From positions 1 to 64,000 of IMG/VR virus record IMGVR_UViG_3300035088_000013: a DNA stretch of 64,000 bases, one strand, 5' to 3'. Positions within the stretch are counted from its first letter, which is position 1. The number at the start of each line of letters is the position of its first letter. The notes beneath the pieces were generated by a model. It searched no databases and was not told the origin of the DNA. It saw only the letters and a list, made by a program, of their open reading frames with translations. The position numbers were made by a program, and so were the translations under genes. Positions 45,104-55,487 of the stretch are shown in pieces. This stretch comes from a virus.

Positions 45104-48100
45104 TTAGCCGAGCCCCCTTGCCAGCCAGTCGAGGTCACGCGCGACCACGGACGGGTCGGCCCCGTGTTCGTGGTAGTTCTCGATGTTCAACCCGCCCCGC
45201 GCACCCCAACCGGCAGCAGCACGCGCGAGGGTGTGCATGTCGGTCCACTGCTGGTCGGTGAGTACCGCGTCCGGGGTGGCCGACCCGTGATAGACGGGCA
45301 TCACCTGGCCGGGGTAGCGGCGCGTGTCGGGCAGCAGCCCGCCCCGGTCGAACGAGGGGATACCGATGCCGGGCTCCGGCCACCCGAACCTCAGGAACGC
45401 CTTGAGCCGCTCATCGTAGGGGGCGTTGAGGATCGACGGCGACACCTGCCCGCCGGACGCCAGCCCGGGCAAATGCAGGATGTCGTCGTAGTACGACAAC
45501 CGGGTGCCCACGTGCCCGATAGCCAAGGGTGTGCCGTTGCCGTGGTAGGCCTCCGCGTGCAACCCGTCGATGTTCGCCGCGGTATGCGACCCCTTCTTCA
45601 AATAAATGGTGAACCGGCCCGGCCCTTTCTCCATTCCGTAACGCCCGGCACCCATTCCCGCGGTGGTCATGTAACGACGGTAGAGGGAATTGCCGGTGGC
45701 CAGAGCCCAAAGATTTCCAACAAGGCCACTGCAATCGTATCTGTCGGGGCCGACAGCGGACCACAAATACGTTTTGCCGCGCTGCCCGAGCGCCCATTCC
45801 TGCATTGATTTCAGCATCGGATCCGGCGACAGCGTACCGGTCCACGGTTTCGTGTCGCCGGGCTGGGTGTAGGAGCCGGTGATCTTCTTCAGCCACGTCA
45901 CGGCCACATCGGTGATGCGTTTCGGGATCCCCGCAAGCAGTTTGAACCATTCGGAGTCCTGGAAGGGGATCTGCGCCATGAGCTTGTCGGCCAAATTGGT
46001 GAGGAACTTTCTCGGGTCCTTCACCGCGTCCAGGGCCGCCCCGGCGAAGTCGGAGACGACCTTCCCGACGGTTTTGGCTTTGTCACCGATCCAGCCGAAC
46101 ACGCCGCCGCCGCCCGCATACCCGGGCAGGCCGTCCGCGCCGATCCTCGGCCGCACGTTGACGGCACCTCCGGCGGCGAACCCGGCCAGCTCGGAGAGGC
46201 GTCCGGCGAGGGCCGCGCGGCGCAGCTTGAGCATGTTGTCATGGCCGCCGATCGCGGCGACCTCCGCGGCGGTCCACACGTGCTCGTCGTCGGACAGCCG
46301 CGCGAGGATGCTGTCACTGGTGCCGGTGCCCGGCCCGCGGACCGGGCCGCCGACGGCGAACCCTTTCGGCAGCTTGATCGGGGTGATCTGGAAATCCGGG
46401 ACGTGCAGCGCCGTACCGACGTCGTTGAGGGTGCCGATGATGCCTTTATTGATCACCGTTTCGATGACGAATCGCACCGGCTCTTTCATGATGTCCTGCA
46501 ATTTCGACCAGGCCGTTTTTATCGCCTCTACGCCTTGCCCGAACAATGGGGCGACTTTCGTCTGGATGTACGTCGAAATAATGTCGAAGACGATCTTGAC
46601 TTTGTCCCAGATTTCCGAGATCTTGGCGTGCACCGCATCCCACACCGGCGTGATGACGTGATCCCGGAACCACGTGAAAATTGGTCCCAAAACGGTCGAC
46701 ACGTACGTTTTTACGGCGTCGAAGATGAACTTGATGAGGCCCCACGCCCATTTGATCACTGTCCAGATGCCCGTGAAAACCGGCTCGATGACGCCGTGCC
46801 ACAACGCCATGAACATCGGCGCGATGATGCCTTCGACCCACAGCCGGATGATCCCGAAGATGATGCGGATGATGCCCCACGCGACGCTGATGGCGAGCTG
46901 GATGCCCTGCCAGGCGCGCAGGATGATGGTCTGCCAGAACCACAGGAAGATCGGCGCGAGCACGTTGGAGATGAACCACCAGATCGCTTGCAGCACGACC
47001 TGGATGACCGACCAGGCGGCCTGGATCGCGGCCCAGATCCCGGCGAAGGCGGGGACGATGACCGATTGCCACAGCCACACGAAGATCGGTGCGAGGGTGC
47101 CGGTGATGAACCCCCAGATCGCTTGCAGCACCGGCTGGATGACCGCCCACGCGGCCTGGATCGCCGCCCAGATCCCCGCGAACGCGGGGACGATGACGTT
47201 CTGCCACAGCCACACGAACACGGGGGCGAGGACCTGCGACATGAAGGCCCACCAGATCTTGAACAGGATCTGGAGGTAGCCCCAGTAGAGTTTCACCGCG
47301 GCCCAGATGCCCTGGAACGCGGGGATGACGACGTTCTGCCACAGCCACAGCAGGACCGGGACGAGCTTGGTCATGATGAAGTCGCCGACGGCCTTCAACG
47401 CGGGCAGGATGTAGTTCTGCCAGGCCATGACGATGAACCCGGAGATCGCTTTCCAGGTGCGGTCGACGAAGTCGCGGAACGCCTGGTTCTTCTTGTAGAG
47501 CACCACCAGGCCGACCCCGATGGCCACCACCGCGGCGATGATCAACCCGATCGGGCCGAGCGCGGCGGTGAACGCGGCCCCCATCCCCTCGGCCCCGGCC
47601 GCCGCTGCGCCTTCCGCCGCGACCGCGGCAGTGCCCGCACCTTCCACGCTTGCTGCTGCTGCGCCCGCGGCCGGGGGTACCAAGCCCAGGAACGTGGCGA
47701 TCCCTTTGATCGCCCCGCCCACGGTGTTCAGCACCGTGATGACCTTCGCTACCGACGCGAGCCCGGCGATCGCGGCGGCACCACCGATGAGGAACCCGAG
47801 GATCGTCGTGAGGGTGCCGGTGTCGATACCGGCGATGTAGTCGAACAGCTTGGTGAAGAACCCGAGCGCCCAGTCACCGATCGGGGCGAGCGCGATGATG
47901 AGGTTCTTCACCGCACCGAACATCGATTTGAGCAGCGCACCCACCTTGGGCAGCTCCGCCATCGCGTAGGCGAGGAAGTCCTGGAAGCCTTTGCTCTGGC
48001 CGAGGTTGTCAGCCCAGACGGCGATCTTCTGCAGGATGTCGAGGAAGCCCTTACCGATGGGTCCGGCAACCGGGGCGAACGCCTTCAGCAGCCCGGCGAC

Positions 48101-50416
48101 GGTCCGCGCTACCGCGATCATCGCCTTGGCGAAGTACGGCAGGGCCTGCGCGGTGATCCCGGCCAGCCATTTGAGGAAGTCTTGCCAGTAAGGGGAGGAG
48201 AACTCGGTCAGCAAGATACTCATCGCGCCGCCGATGGCCGCGGACACCTGCTGCGCGAACTGGATCAACGTCGGCATCATCGCGCCGAAGAACCGCTTCA
48301 GCCCCTGCTCGAGCGGCCCGGCGAACCCCTGCGCGGCTTTCAACAGCCCGGAGAAATCCAGCGACCGCAAGTACTTGACCAGCGACGCGGCGGCGGGGGT
48401 GAGCTTGGCGAGTTTCTTCGCCGCGTCGTCGGCGGCGGTCCCGGTCCCGGCGAGGGCGACGTTCTGCTGCTGCTGGGCGCGGGTGACCGCGCGTTCCGCG
48501 TCGGCGACCGATTGGGCGGCCTGCACACGCTGGTAGGCGGCGTCGGACTCGGCCTTCGCCAAGGCCTTACGCGCGTCGGCGATCTTGGTAGCGCCGTCCT
48601 GCTCGACCTGGACCTGGTCTTTGATGGCCTTCGCGTACACGGCGCGCCGGTCGGCCAGCTCCTTCTCCGCCTTCAGCTCGGCTTGCTTCGCGGCGACGAC
48701 CCGGTCCGAGCCTTCGATGCCTTGCTTGTCCTGCTTGGCTTTCTCCTCGCCGAGCCGTTTCGCCTGGGTCTGGAGATCGTCGTTCTGCGTGGACAGCCGG
48801 TCGTAGTTGAGTTGCGCCTGGTCGCGTTGGGCTTTCGTCGACGCCGGGTTCGCCAGAACCTCGTTGAGGTTCTGTTGCGCGGCGGCCAGATCGAGGGCGT
48901 TCTGCCGCTGGTCCTCACTGTTGTGGGCGATCTGGGAGGCGAGGTCTTCCTCATCGCGGCGGGCCTGCTCGCGGGCGTCGTTGACGGCCTGCTGGGCGGC
49001 GGCGACGTCGAGGGTGGCCTGTTTGACCGCGTTGTAGGCGTCGCGGGTGCGCGCGGCGGCGGCCTGCTCGTCGGCGGCGACCTGCTTGGCGACGGTGCCC
49101 ACATTTTTGCGGGCGTCGGCGACCTGCTGGTCGGCGGCCTGGGCCTGCCGGGCGGCGGACACCTTGGTCCGGGCCAAATTCCGTTCGGCGTCGGCGGCGG
49201 CGTTGGTGTCCTGGACCGATTTCGCCGCGGTGCGGCCTTGCTGGGTTTGCGCTTTCCCGACCGCCATGTAGGCGGCGATGATCGGGGTGAGTCCGGCGAG
49301 CAGCACCCCGAACGCCCCGGCGGCCACGGCGATACCGATCCCGATCGCGCCGAGGATCGGCACGACCGCGGCGAGGGCCGGGACGAGGACGGCGGCGATC
49401 AGCCCGCCGACGGCGATCATGGCTCCGAACTTGATCGCCACCCCCGATGCGGCGAAGTCGAGGACTTTCATCGCCCCGGCGGCCAGCAGCGCCGACGCTG
49501 TGACGCCGGTGAGCTGGGTCTCGACCTCGGCGAGTTTCGCGGAGGCCGCGCCGACGTCGGCGTCGATGTTGACGTGCCCGGACCGCTTGAGCAGCTCCAG
49601 CTCCGCGATCAGCTCCGCGACCTTCGCCTTCGCGGCGGCGGCGTCGATGTCGACCCCGATCCGCTGGGACGAGAGGGTCGCGAGGGATGCTTTGATCTCG
49701 GCGATCTTCTCTTCGGCCGGGGACGCGTCGACGCCGGGCCGGATGTCGGGCAGCGTCTTGTTCGCGGCCTCGAGGGCGGCGCGCAGCTTCGTCGCGAACG
49801 CGCCCTCGTCGACCTGTGGTTCGACCTGCGGGGTGGCGTGCTCGCGGCCGAGGGCCTTCAGCTCGGCGTGCAACGCGGTCAGCTCCGCCATCGTCTTGAC
49901 CGCGTTGGTGTCGATCCGGATGTCGGGGTGCTCGGTTTTGAGTTTCTCGATCTCCCGGGCGAGGGCGGAGGACTGCTGCCGCAACAGCTGCAGTTTCGCG
50001 ACGGCCTCGTCGGTGTCGATGTCGACGCCGATCTGTTTGTTGGCCAACTCCAGCAGCTCTTTACGGATGTGGGCGGCCTTCTTGTCGACGTCGCTGGAGT
50101 CGGCGGTCAAGGTGACCTGGGGGAGGCCCTTGACCGCCTTGGCGACACCCGCCTTGAGCTTGGCGGCGAAGTGGTCGCCGAAGTCGTGCCCGGCTCCGTC
50201 GGCCTCGGCGGCGATGCCCCGGCGGGTGTCGCGGACGCCCCGGATGATGCTGGAGGACACCTGGCGGCCGATCGGCGCGGCGATGCGGCGGCCGAGCTGC
50301 TCGCCGGTGGTGGCGGCCTGGGCGTCGAGCTGGCGGCGGACGGCTTCGCCGAAGCCGCGGGCGTTGGGTACGACATCGACTTCGACCTGGCCGATGTGCT
50401 CGTCGGGGGAGGTCAC
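45104..50416 (-). CDS. tape measure protein with C-terminal NlpC/P60-like domain
   Basis: 1770 aa, Ala-rich coiled coil, W/F periodic repeats, YLWSAVGPDRYDCSGLV. Confidence 0.93.
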   Translation of the reverse strand: MTSPDEHIGQVEVDVVPNARGFGEAVRRQLDAQAATTGEQLGRRIAAPIGRQVSSSIIRGVRDTRRGIAAEADGAGHDFGDHFAAKLKAGVAKAVKGLPQVTLTADSSDVDKKAAHIRKELLELANKQIGVDIDTDEAVAKLQLLRQQSSALAREIEKLKTEHPDIRIDTNAVKTMAELTALHAELKALGREHATPQVEPQVDEGAFATKLRAALEAANKTLPDIRPGVDASPAEEKIAEIKASLATLSSQRIGVDIDAAAAKAKVAELIAELELLKRSGHVNIDADVGAASAKLAEVETQLTGVTASALLAAGAMKVLDFAASGVAIKFGAMIAVGGLIAAVLVPALAAVVPILGAIGIGIAVAAGAFGVLLAGLTPIIAAYMAVGKAQTQQGRTAAKSVQDTNAAADAERNLARTKVSAARQAQAADQQVADARKNVGTVAKQVAADEQAAAARTRDAYNAVKQATLDVAAAQQAVNDAREQARRDEEDLASQIAHNSEDQRQNALDLAAAQQNLNEVLANPASTKAQRDQAQLNYDRLSTQNDDLQTQAKRLGEEKAKQDKQGIEGSDRVVAAKQAELKAEKELADRRAVYAKAIKDQVQVEQDGATKIADARKALAKAESDAAYQRVQAAQSVADAERAVTRAQQQQNVALAGTGTAADDAAKKLAKLTPAAASLVKYLRSLDFSGLLKAAQGFAGPLEQGLKRFFGAMMPTLIQFAQQVSAAIGGAMSILLTEFSSPYWQDFLKWLAGITAQALPYFAKAMIAVARTVAGLLKAFAPVAGPIGKGFLDILQKIAVWADNLGQSKGFQDFLAYAMAELPKVGALLKSMFGAVKNLIIALAPIGDWALGFFTKLFDYIAGIDTGTLTTILGFLIGGAAAIAGLASVAKVITVLNTVGGAIKGIATFLGLVPPAAGAAAASVEGAGTAAVAAEGAAAAGAEGMGAAFTAALGPIGLIIAAVVAIGVGLVVLYKKNQAFRDFVDRTWKAISGFIVMAWQNYILPALKAVGDFIMTKLVPVLLWLWQNVVIPAFQGIWAAVKLYWGYLQILFKIWWAFMSQVLAPVFVWLWQNVIVPAFAGIWAAIQAAWAVIQPVLQAIWGFITGTLAPIFVWLWQSVIVPAFAGIWAAIQAAWSVIQVVLQAIWWFISNVLAPIFLWFWQTIILRAWQGIQLAISVAWGIIRIIFGIIRLWVEGIIAPMFMALWHGVIEPVFTGIWTVIKWAWGLIKFIFDAVKTYVSTVLGPIFTWFRDHVITPVWDAVHAKISEIWDKVKIVFDIISTYIQTKVAPLFGQGVEAIKTAWSKLQDIMKEPVRFVIETVINKGIIGTLNDVGTALHVPDFQITPIKLPKGFAVGGPVRGPGTGTSDSILARLSDDEHVWTAAEVAAIGGHDNMLKLRRAALAGRLSELAGFAAGGAVNVRPRIGADGLPGYAGGGGVFGWIGDKAKTVGKVVSDFAGAALDAVKDPRKFLTNLADKLMAQIPFQDSEWFKLLAGIPKRITDVAVTWLKKITGSYTQPGDTKPWTGTLSPDPMLKSMQEWALGQRGKTYLWSAVGPDRYDCSGLVGNLWALATGNSLYRRYMTTAGMGAGRYGMEKGPGRFTIYLKKGSHTAANIDGLHAEAYHGNGTPLAIGHVGTRLSYYDDILHLPGLASGGQVSPSILNAPYDERLKAFLRFGWPEPGIGIPSFDRGGLLPDTRRYPGQVMPVYHGSATPDAVLTDQQWTDMHTLARAAAGWGARGGLNIENYHEHGADPSVVARDLDWLARGLG

Positions 50417-50443
50417 GGCGGGTGATCCCCTCCCCTCGGGTCG

Positions 50444-51483
50444 CTATTCAGGTGGTGGTGGGTGTTGCGGGCCGCCGCGCAGCTGCTGGCGTAGCCAGTT
50501 CCGTTCGGCGGGGCCGAGCTGTTTCGGGGGTGCGGCGGCGATGTGCGCGGGCATGTCCGGCCCGTCTGAGACGGCGCTGGCGGCTGCGGCGCGGCGCAGC
50601 CGCATGGTGGTGAGGAAGTCCCGCCCGGCCGGGCTCAGGCGGCGTTTCGCGGACGGGGCGACCCCGGGGCGCGGGTATTGGGCGGGGCGTGCGGGTTTAC
50701 CGCCTTGGGCGTGGTAGACGGCATACCGCAGCCAGCGGATCTCGTCGACGATCATGCCCAAATGCATGTCGGTGTTGGAGTACGGCCCGTACCCGGCCCA
50801 CTCGCCGTCCTCGTCGTCGTCGGGTTGGCCTTGGGGGGTGGGGCCGAGGCTGTCGCGGATGGCGGTCTTCATGGCCGACTCCACCGGCAGCCGGTCCAGC
50901 AGCACCCCGAGGCGTCGCCACGTCAGCCGGGACTCACCACCGCAGGGCCGCCACAGATCACGCAGATCGATGCCGTAGTGGAAGGCGAGGTCGCCTTCTA
51001 CCTCCGTCGGCCATTGCGTAAGGAGCCGCGTTGTACGTCGGCTTTTCCCAGGTCCTCACCGGTGAGTTTCTGCCAGACCTCGAGCATTTCCATGACCTCG
51101 TCGACCGTGGGGTCGACCCCGATCCAGATCTTGTAGTCCGGCTCGAACAGGCACAGCTGCGCCCACGCGTCCAGGTTCCCCTCATGCAGCGACGAGAGCG
51201 CGGAGGCCCGCCATTGGCCGCGGGGGATGACGTGGACGAGGTCGCCGTGCGGGCCGAGCGGGACGGCGACGGCCCCGTCGGGGATGTCCTCGAGGACGGT
51301 TTCGGCCTGTGCCGCGGGGACATCCCCGCCGTTGGCGAGGGCGGTCTGCTCTTCGATCCATTTACGGTCACCGTCGGTGAGCGGCGGCCCTTCGACCTTC
51401 GGCTCGGCAGCGGGCGTGGACGGTGGCCGCCGGGCAGGCTGACGCTTCGCGGGTGTGCTCTTACGCGCCGGTGACGTAGCCAT
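50444..51483 (-). CDS. tail assembly chaperone G/GT pair with -1 frameshift (G = 50998-51483)
   Basis: GGGAAAA slippery site at 51043-51049; -1 frame open (EVEGDLAFHYGIDLRDLW...) to 50444. Confidence 0.85.
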
Positions 51484-51557
51484 GCATTTTCCCCCTCGAA
51501 ACGGGCCGATCTTCACGATAGGGATCGGGAGGGCCGCCGGTGGGGTTTTCCCCCGGT

Positions 51558-52196
51558 CTACGGCACCACCAGCGCGTCGAGGACGTAGAACCAGTGGATC
51601 GCTACGCCGTCGGTGCCGGGGTAGGCGGTGAACGTGACCCCGTAGGTGAGCGGCGCGCCCGGCGCGGCGGCGAAGTCTTCCTGGCCGGTGACCTCCAATT
51701 GCGGGACGAGCGCGCGCACATGGTTCTTGCCGTCGACGATGTCGAAGTACGCCGCGTACAGCTGGCTGCGGGCGGACCCTTCTTGGATGTCGAACGATCC
51801 GTCGGAGTCGTCGACGGTGATACCGGGGTCGGTCGGTTGTGCCGGGGGGCCGAGCGGCAGCTCGTGGTAGATCGCCAGCGACACCGGGTTGCTCTCGAGG
51901 AACTTGATCGAGAAGGTGGTCGTGCGGGACGTCTTGATGATCCGCACCGGAACGGACGACCCGTACGCGTTGACCTCGTTGGTGTTCACGTTGACGGCGC
52001 GGGTGAGGCCGTCCTCGGTGATCCAGCCGGGGTCGAACCACGGCGGGGTCGGGGCGGCCGGGGCTACGGGCTGCACCGGGTCGGTCAACGCGTCGACGGG
52101 CATGGTGGCTCCGACGTTGGCGAACATCGCCAGGGCGGTACCGGCAGCACCGCCACCACTTATTCCGGCCAGGATCAGATTTCGGTTGGCGGTCAT
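51558..52196 (-). CDS. major tail (tube) protein
   Basis: GWITEDGL...AYG...VR...LESN...YGVTFTAYP. Confidence 0.85.
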   Translation of the reverse strand: MTANRNLILAGISGGGAAGTALAMFANVGATMPVDALTDPVQPVAPAAPTPPWFDPGWITEDGLTRAVNVNTNEVNAYGSSVPVRIIKTSRTTTFSIKFLESNPVSLAIYHELPLGPPAQPTDPGITVDDSDGSFDIQEGSARSQLYAAYFDIVDGKNHVRALVPQLEVTGQEDFAAAPGAPLTYGVTFTAYPGTDGVAIHWFYVLDALVVP

Positions 52197-52291
52197 CCCA
52201 CTGGGTCCTTCCATCGTGGACATGCGGAGGACCCCGACACCGGCACGGTGCGGGGTGGTGAACGCGGCGAGGAGAACTGCTCATGCAGTGG

Positions 52292-52837
52292 TCACGGCGT
52301 GGGGTTGCGGTAGCGGACGTTGAGCCGCACCGCCCCACCGAAGCGACGCACGTCGGAGGCGTCGTCGTAGAACAGCAGCGTCGGGCGGCGCACCTCGGTG
52401 ACCCGGTTGACCCACATGGAGCCGTCGGCGGTGATGTAGCCGCTCGAGTCGAGCAGCGCGGCGCGGGTCTGCGCGGCGATCTGCTTGGCGGTGGTCCGGG
52501 ATCCGGCGTAGCCGTCGTAGTCGATGACGGCGGTGTCATGGGCAGGGACCAGCTGCCCGCCGCCGGGGGTCTCCTGGATCTGCACGATCGGCAGGTGCCG
52601 TTCGATGTCGGCGGGCAGCTCGGTAACCACCCGCACCGTCAAAGCCGGGCCGAGCAGCTCCACAACGAGCCGTTCCACGTCCGAGACGACAGTGTCCGGG
52701 GGAGCCCACCATGATCCGTCGCCGGGGCTCAGCGCGACGGAGACGGACAAACCCCCGGCACCGGTATGACCGGCTACCCCGGTGGGTGCGCCGCCCGCTA
52801 CGCCCGCACTAACGGCCAGCAGCAGGTCGGCGGTCAC
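52292..52837 (-). CDS. tail terminator
   Basis: DVERLVVELL...RVVTELP; position before tube gene. Confidence 0.7.
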   Translation of the reverse strand: MTADLLLAVSAGVAGGAPTGVAGHTGAGGLSVSVALSPGDGSWWAPPDTVVSDVERLVVELLGPALTVRVVTELPADIERHLPIVQIQETPGGGQLVPAHDTAVIDYDGYAGSRTTAKQIAAQTRAALLDSSGYITADGSMWVNRVTEVRRPTLLFYDDASDVRRFGGAVRLNVRYRNPTP

Positions 52838-53193
52838 GGCCGCAAGACCCAGCCCGGGTCTAGGGCTTCACCGTCACCGGCGGCCACGACAGCGGGATCC
52901 CCGACGCCGTCCCCCCTTGGCAGCCCGCCACCTTCGCATTCGAGGCCGGGGCCGCCGGGCACGGGCGGGGGACCAGGTGGAACGGGGTAGGGGTGGGGGC
53001 CAGGCTCAGGGTGGGGAGTGGGTACAGGCTTCGGGCCAGGTACCGGCGGCACCGTCGGTGCCGACTTGTCGGTGTATCGGACGCGGCCTTCCCGCACGAG
53101 TACAGAAGCCTCATAGCGTGGCATCTCCTTGGTGGTGCCGATCTCGGCGAGGTTCGGCGAGTAGACGACCAGCACCGTCACGTTCTCGTCCAC
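52834..53193 (-). CDS. hypothetical protein
   Basis: co-oriented, stop overlaps the start of the next gene. Confidence 0.55.
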   Translation of the reverse strand: MDENVTVLVVYSPNLAEIGTTKEMPRYEASVLVREGRVRYTDKSAPTVPPVPGPKPVPTPHPEPGPHPYPVPPGPPPVPGGPGLECEGGGLPRGDGVGDPAVVAAGDGEALDPGWVLRP

Positions 53194-53236
53194 GAGTGGA
53201 CCCCCGTTCGTGGGTTGCTGTGGTTGAGGACTCTTG

Positions 53237-53494
53237 CTAGGTGGAGCGGGTTTGTGGACCGGCGGCCTCGAACAACGCCTTGTACTGGTCGCTGGTGATC
53301 CGCGGGTCGATCTCCACCTGTTTCCACGAGTTCGGGTCGACGTCCGGCTCGTCGTCGTGGACGCCGTACTGTTGGGCCAGGGTCGGCCGCGGCGGCAACG
53401 GCGGCCACGAGCGGGCGGTGAAGTCGTCGCACACCTGCTGAAGGGTGAGCCGCCGGTTGGCCAGATCGTCGAGCAGCTGCTTCACCGTCGCCAC
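53237..53494 (-). CDS. small protein downstream of zeta toxin, candidate antitoxin/immunity protein
   Basis: AAGGGAG RBS; paralog at 28429-28701. Confidence 0.75.
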   Translation of the reverse strand: MATVKQLLDDLANRRLTLQQVCDDFTARSWPPLPPRPTLAQQYGVHDDEPDVDPNSWKQVEIDPRITSDQYKALFEAAGPQTRST

Positions 53495-53507
53495 CGTTTG
53501 TGCTCCC

Positions 53508-54467
53508 TTACTGGCCGATGCGGCCGTTGTTCGCGACCAGGACCGGATCCCTGCCGTCGACCGAGTTGTCGTAGTGCGCCCAATTCGAGAAGCCACTCTT
53601 GAGTCCCTCGAACACGTCCATGTTCACCGTTCTACCGGAGGAGGTCTTCTGCGCGCGGATGATCCGCGGGTCGACATACCGGCCGCCGTGCCCTTCGCCT
53701 TTGAGCCACTTGTTCACGCCCCTCTTGTACCGGCCCATGGCCCGCTGGACACTCTTCTCCACCGGAATGTCCACGAACAGGCCGTCGACCTGGCCGTAGC
53801 CTGCTGCCTTGAGCGCCTTGACCCGGCCGCGTACGGAGCTGTCGGAGCTCATGGTGATGTCCCAGATGACGTTCTTGTGGTCGGCGTACGCCCTCGCCGC
53901 GAGCGCCTTCGCGATGTCGGAGGACTCCTCGTGCACGAGTCCGGCGCGTTCCATCGGGGAGAACTCTTCACCCCCGGGCACCTCGGGCATCAGGCCACGC
54001 TTGGCCAATTCCTCCTTGATGTCATCCGGGTTGATCGTCAGGAACCGGGACTTGTCCACGCCCGCGTGCTTATTGAGCACGCTGCTTTTCCCGGCCCCGC
54101 CCAATCCTCCGGCGATGATCGCCTTGCCCTCGTTCGGCACGTGAGCGGCCTTCGCGTACAGGTCGTCGACGATCTGCCGGTGCACGTCGGCCCGCTCGGC
54201 CGACCACCGGCCGCCATCCATGTGAGTGACGTCGGTCGAGAGGGTCGGCGACACTTCCTTGGCGAGCTTGCCGACCTTCTCGCCGCGCACCGTCAACTGT
54301 TCGTCGGTGAACTGGCCGGTGAGCGGGGTCAGGTGGGTCGTGGTGCCGGTGCTGCCCCGGGTGATGACCTTGATATCCGGGCCGCCCCGGCCGCCGCCGC
54401 CGTGGCCGTGGGAGAACTTCCCCGTCAGATCCCGCGGGTGCAGCGACTCTTCCCAGCGTCTGTTCAT
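53508..54467 (-). CDS. zeta-toxin-like P-loop kinase with HPRD leader
   Basis: GGLGGAGKS, INPDDIKEEL, HEES, NVIWDIT; ATGA-coupled to the gp10-like gene. Confidence 0.85.
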   Translation of the reverse strand: MNRRWEESLHPRDLTGKFSHGHGGGGRGGPDIKVITRGSTGTTTHLTPLTGQFTDEQLTVRGEKVGKLAKEVSPTLSTDVTHMDGGRWSAERADVHRQIVDDLYAKAAHVPNEGKAIIAGGLGGAGKSSVLNKHAGVDKSRFLTINPDDIKEELAKRGLMPEVPGGEEFSPMERAGLVHEESSDIAKALAARAYADHKNVIWDITMSSDSSVRGRVKALKAAGYGQVDGLFVDIPVEKSVQRAMGRYKRGVNKWLKGEGHGGRYVDPRIIRAQKTSSGRTVNMDVFEGLKSGFSNWAHYDNSVDGRDPVLVANNGRIGQ

Positions 54468-54763
54468 CGACGCACCTCCGCGACGGCCCGGGCCAGAACG
54501 CGCCGGGCATGCATGTACCGCGTCCCAAACTCCAGATATGCCGCATATGGGGCGGTATTGAAGACGGTGGCGGAGGCGTAGCCCTTGCTGTTGAGGCCCG
54601 CCCGGTAGTGCCACGACCGGCGGTAGCGGCCGGTCCGCACCGGGGAGAGGTCTTGGGCGCGTTCCTTCACGCGGGCGGCGCGGACCCGCATCGCCTCGAT
54701 CATGTAGGGGGCGCGCAGCATCGCCTGGACACCACCGGGGTAGAGCGTCGTATGGGTAGGCAC
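54464..54763 (-). CDS. HK97 gp10-like head-tail component
   Basis: SPVRTGRYRRS...NTAPYAAYLEFGT. Confidence 0.88.
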   Translation of the reverse strand: MPTHTTLYPGGVQAMLRAPYMIEAMRVRAARVKERAQDLSPVRTGRYRRSWHYRAGLNSKGYASATVFNTAPYAAYLEFGTRYMHARRVLARAVAEVRR

Positions 54764-54785
54764 CCCGGTCCCCTTTCCGTTCCGC

Positions 54786-55487
54786 TCAGCCGGTGGTGTG
54801 CACGGCGCGGACGACGACCCCGGCGGTGACACCCAAAACCGGCTCGGTGATCACGGTGGGTTCTCCGTCGATCGACCAGCGGGCCCCGCCGATCAGCAGC
54901 CGGTCGATGGCCTTCACCTTCGTGCCGGGCGGGAACACCACGGTGCGGGACCGGGTGACCCTCGAGTCGCCGGTGGCGGTCGAGGTGGCCGATTGGTCGA
55001 GTTGGCCGAGGGTCACCCCGCGGACCTTGACCGGGGTCTCCCCGTACACGTCGTTGCCGTAGGCGTCCCGGCCGGTCACGACCCGCCGCAAGACGGTGAC
55101 CGTGACCCCGCCGATCGGGGTCGGCGCGTTCCCGCCGACCCGGATCTGGGCTTCGAGGTGCGCGGGGACGGGGAACACGGTCGTGGGGCCGCGTTCGGCG
55201 ACGGCCTGGATCGACCCGGACCGGCCGTCGGCGAGGGTGACTTTCGACCCGGTCGGCACATCCGACCCGAGCAGGCAGAACAACCGGATCGTGGTGTCGG
55301 TGACGGTGTCGCGTCCTTGACGGCCGCTCGAGGGGGCCTCGTCGAGCAGGCACCGCAACGGGTAGGCGGGGTCCCACGTGTCGACGTCCCGGTACGGCTG
55401 GACCTGGACGGTGTCGGTGAGCAGCACCAGCGGCACCCGGCCTGCGGTGTGCCTGCCTCGCCCGTTCGTCCGGGCCCGGCCGATCAT
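54786..55487 (-). CDS. head closure/stopper-like protein (two domains)
   Basis: TVTVLRR...DAYGN...WSIDGEP; position. Confidence 0.7.
   Translation of the reverse strand: MIGRARTNGRGRHTAGRVPLVLLTDTVQVQPYRDVDTWDPAYPLRCLLDEAPSSGRQGRDTVTDTTIRLFCLLGSDVPTGSKVTLADGRSGSIQAVAERGPTTVFPVPAHLEAQIRVGGNAPTPIGGVTVTVLRRVVTGRDAYGNDVYGETPVKVRGVTLGQLDQSATSTATGDSRVTRSRTVVFPPGTKVKAIDRLLIGGARWSIDGEPTVITEPVLGVTAGVVVRAVHTTG

Noticed and set aside
46900-47350. Tandem DNA repeats in the tape measure gene
   Set aside because: Ordinary W/F-periodic tape measure repeats.
46241-50425. 1394 aa plus-strand ORF and many other long Arg/Pro/Gly-rich ORFs
   Set aside because: Shadow frames of real genes in high-GC DNA (here antisense to the tape measure).
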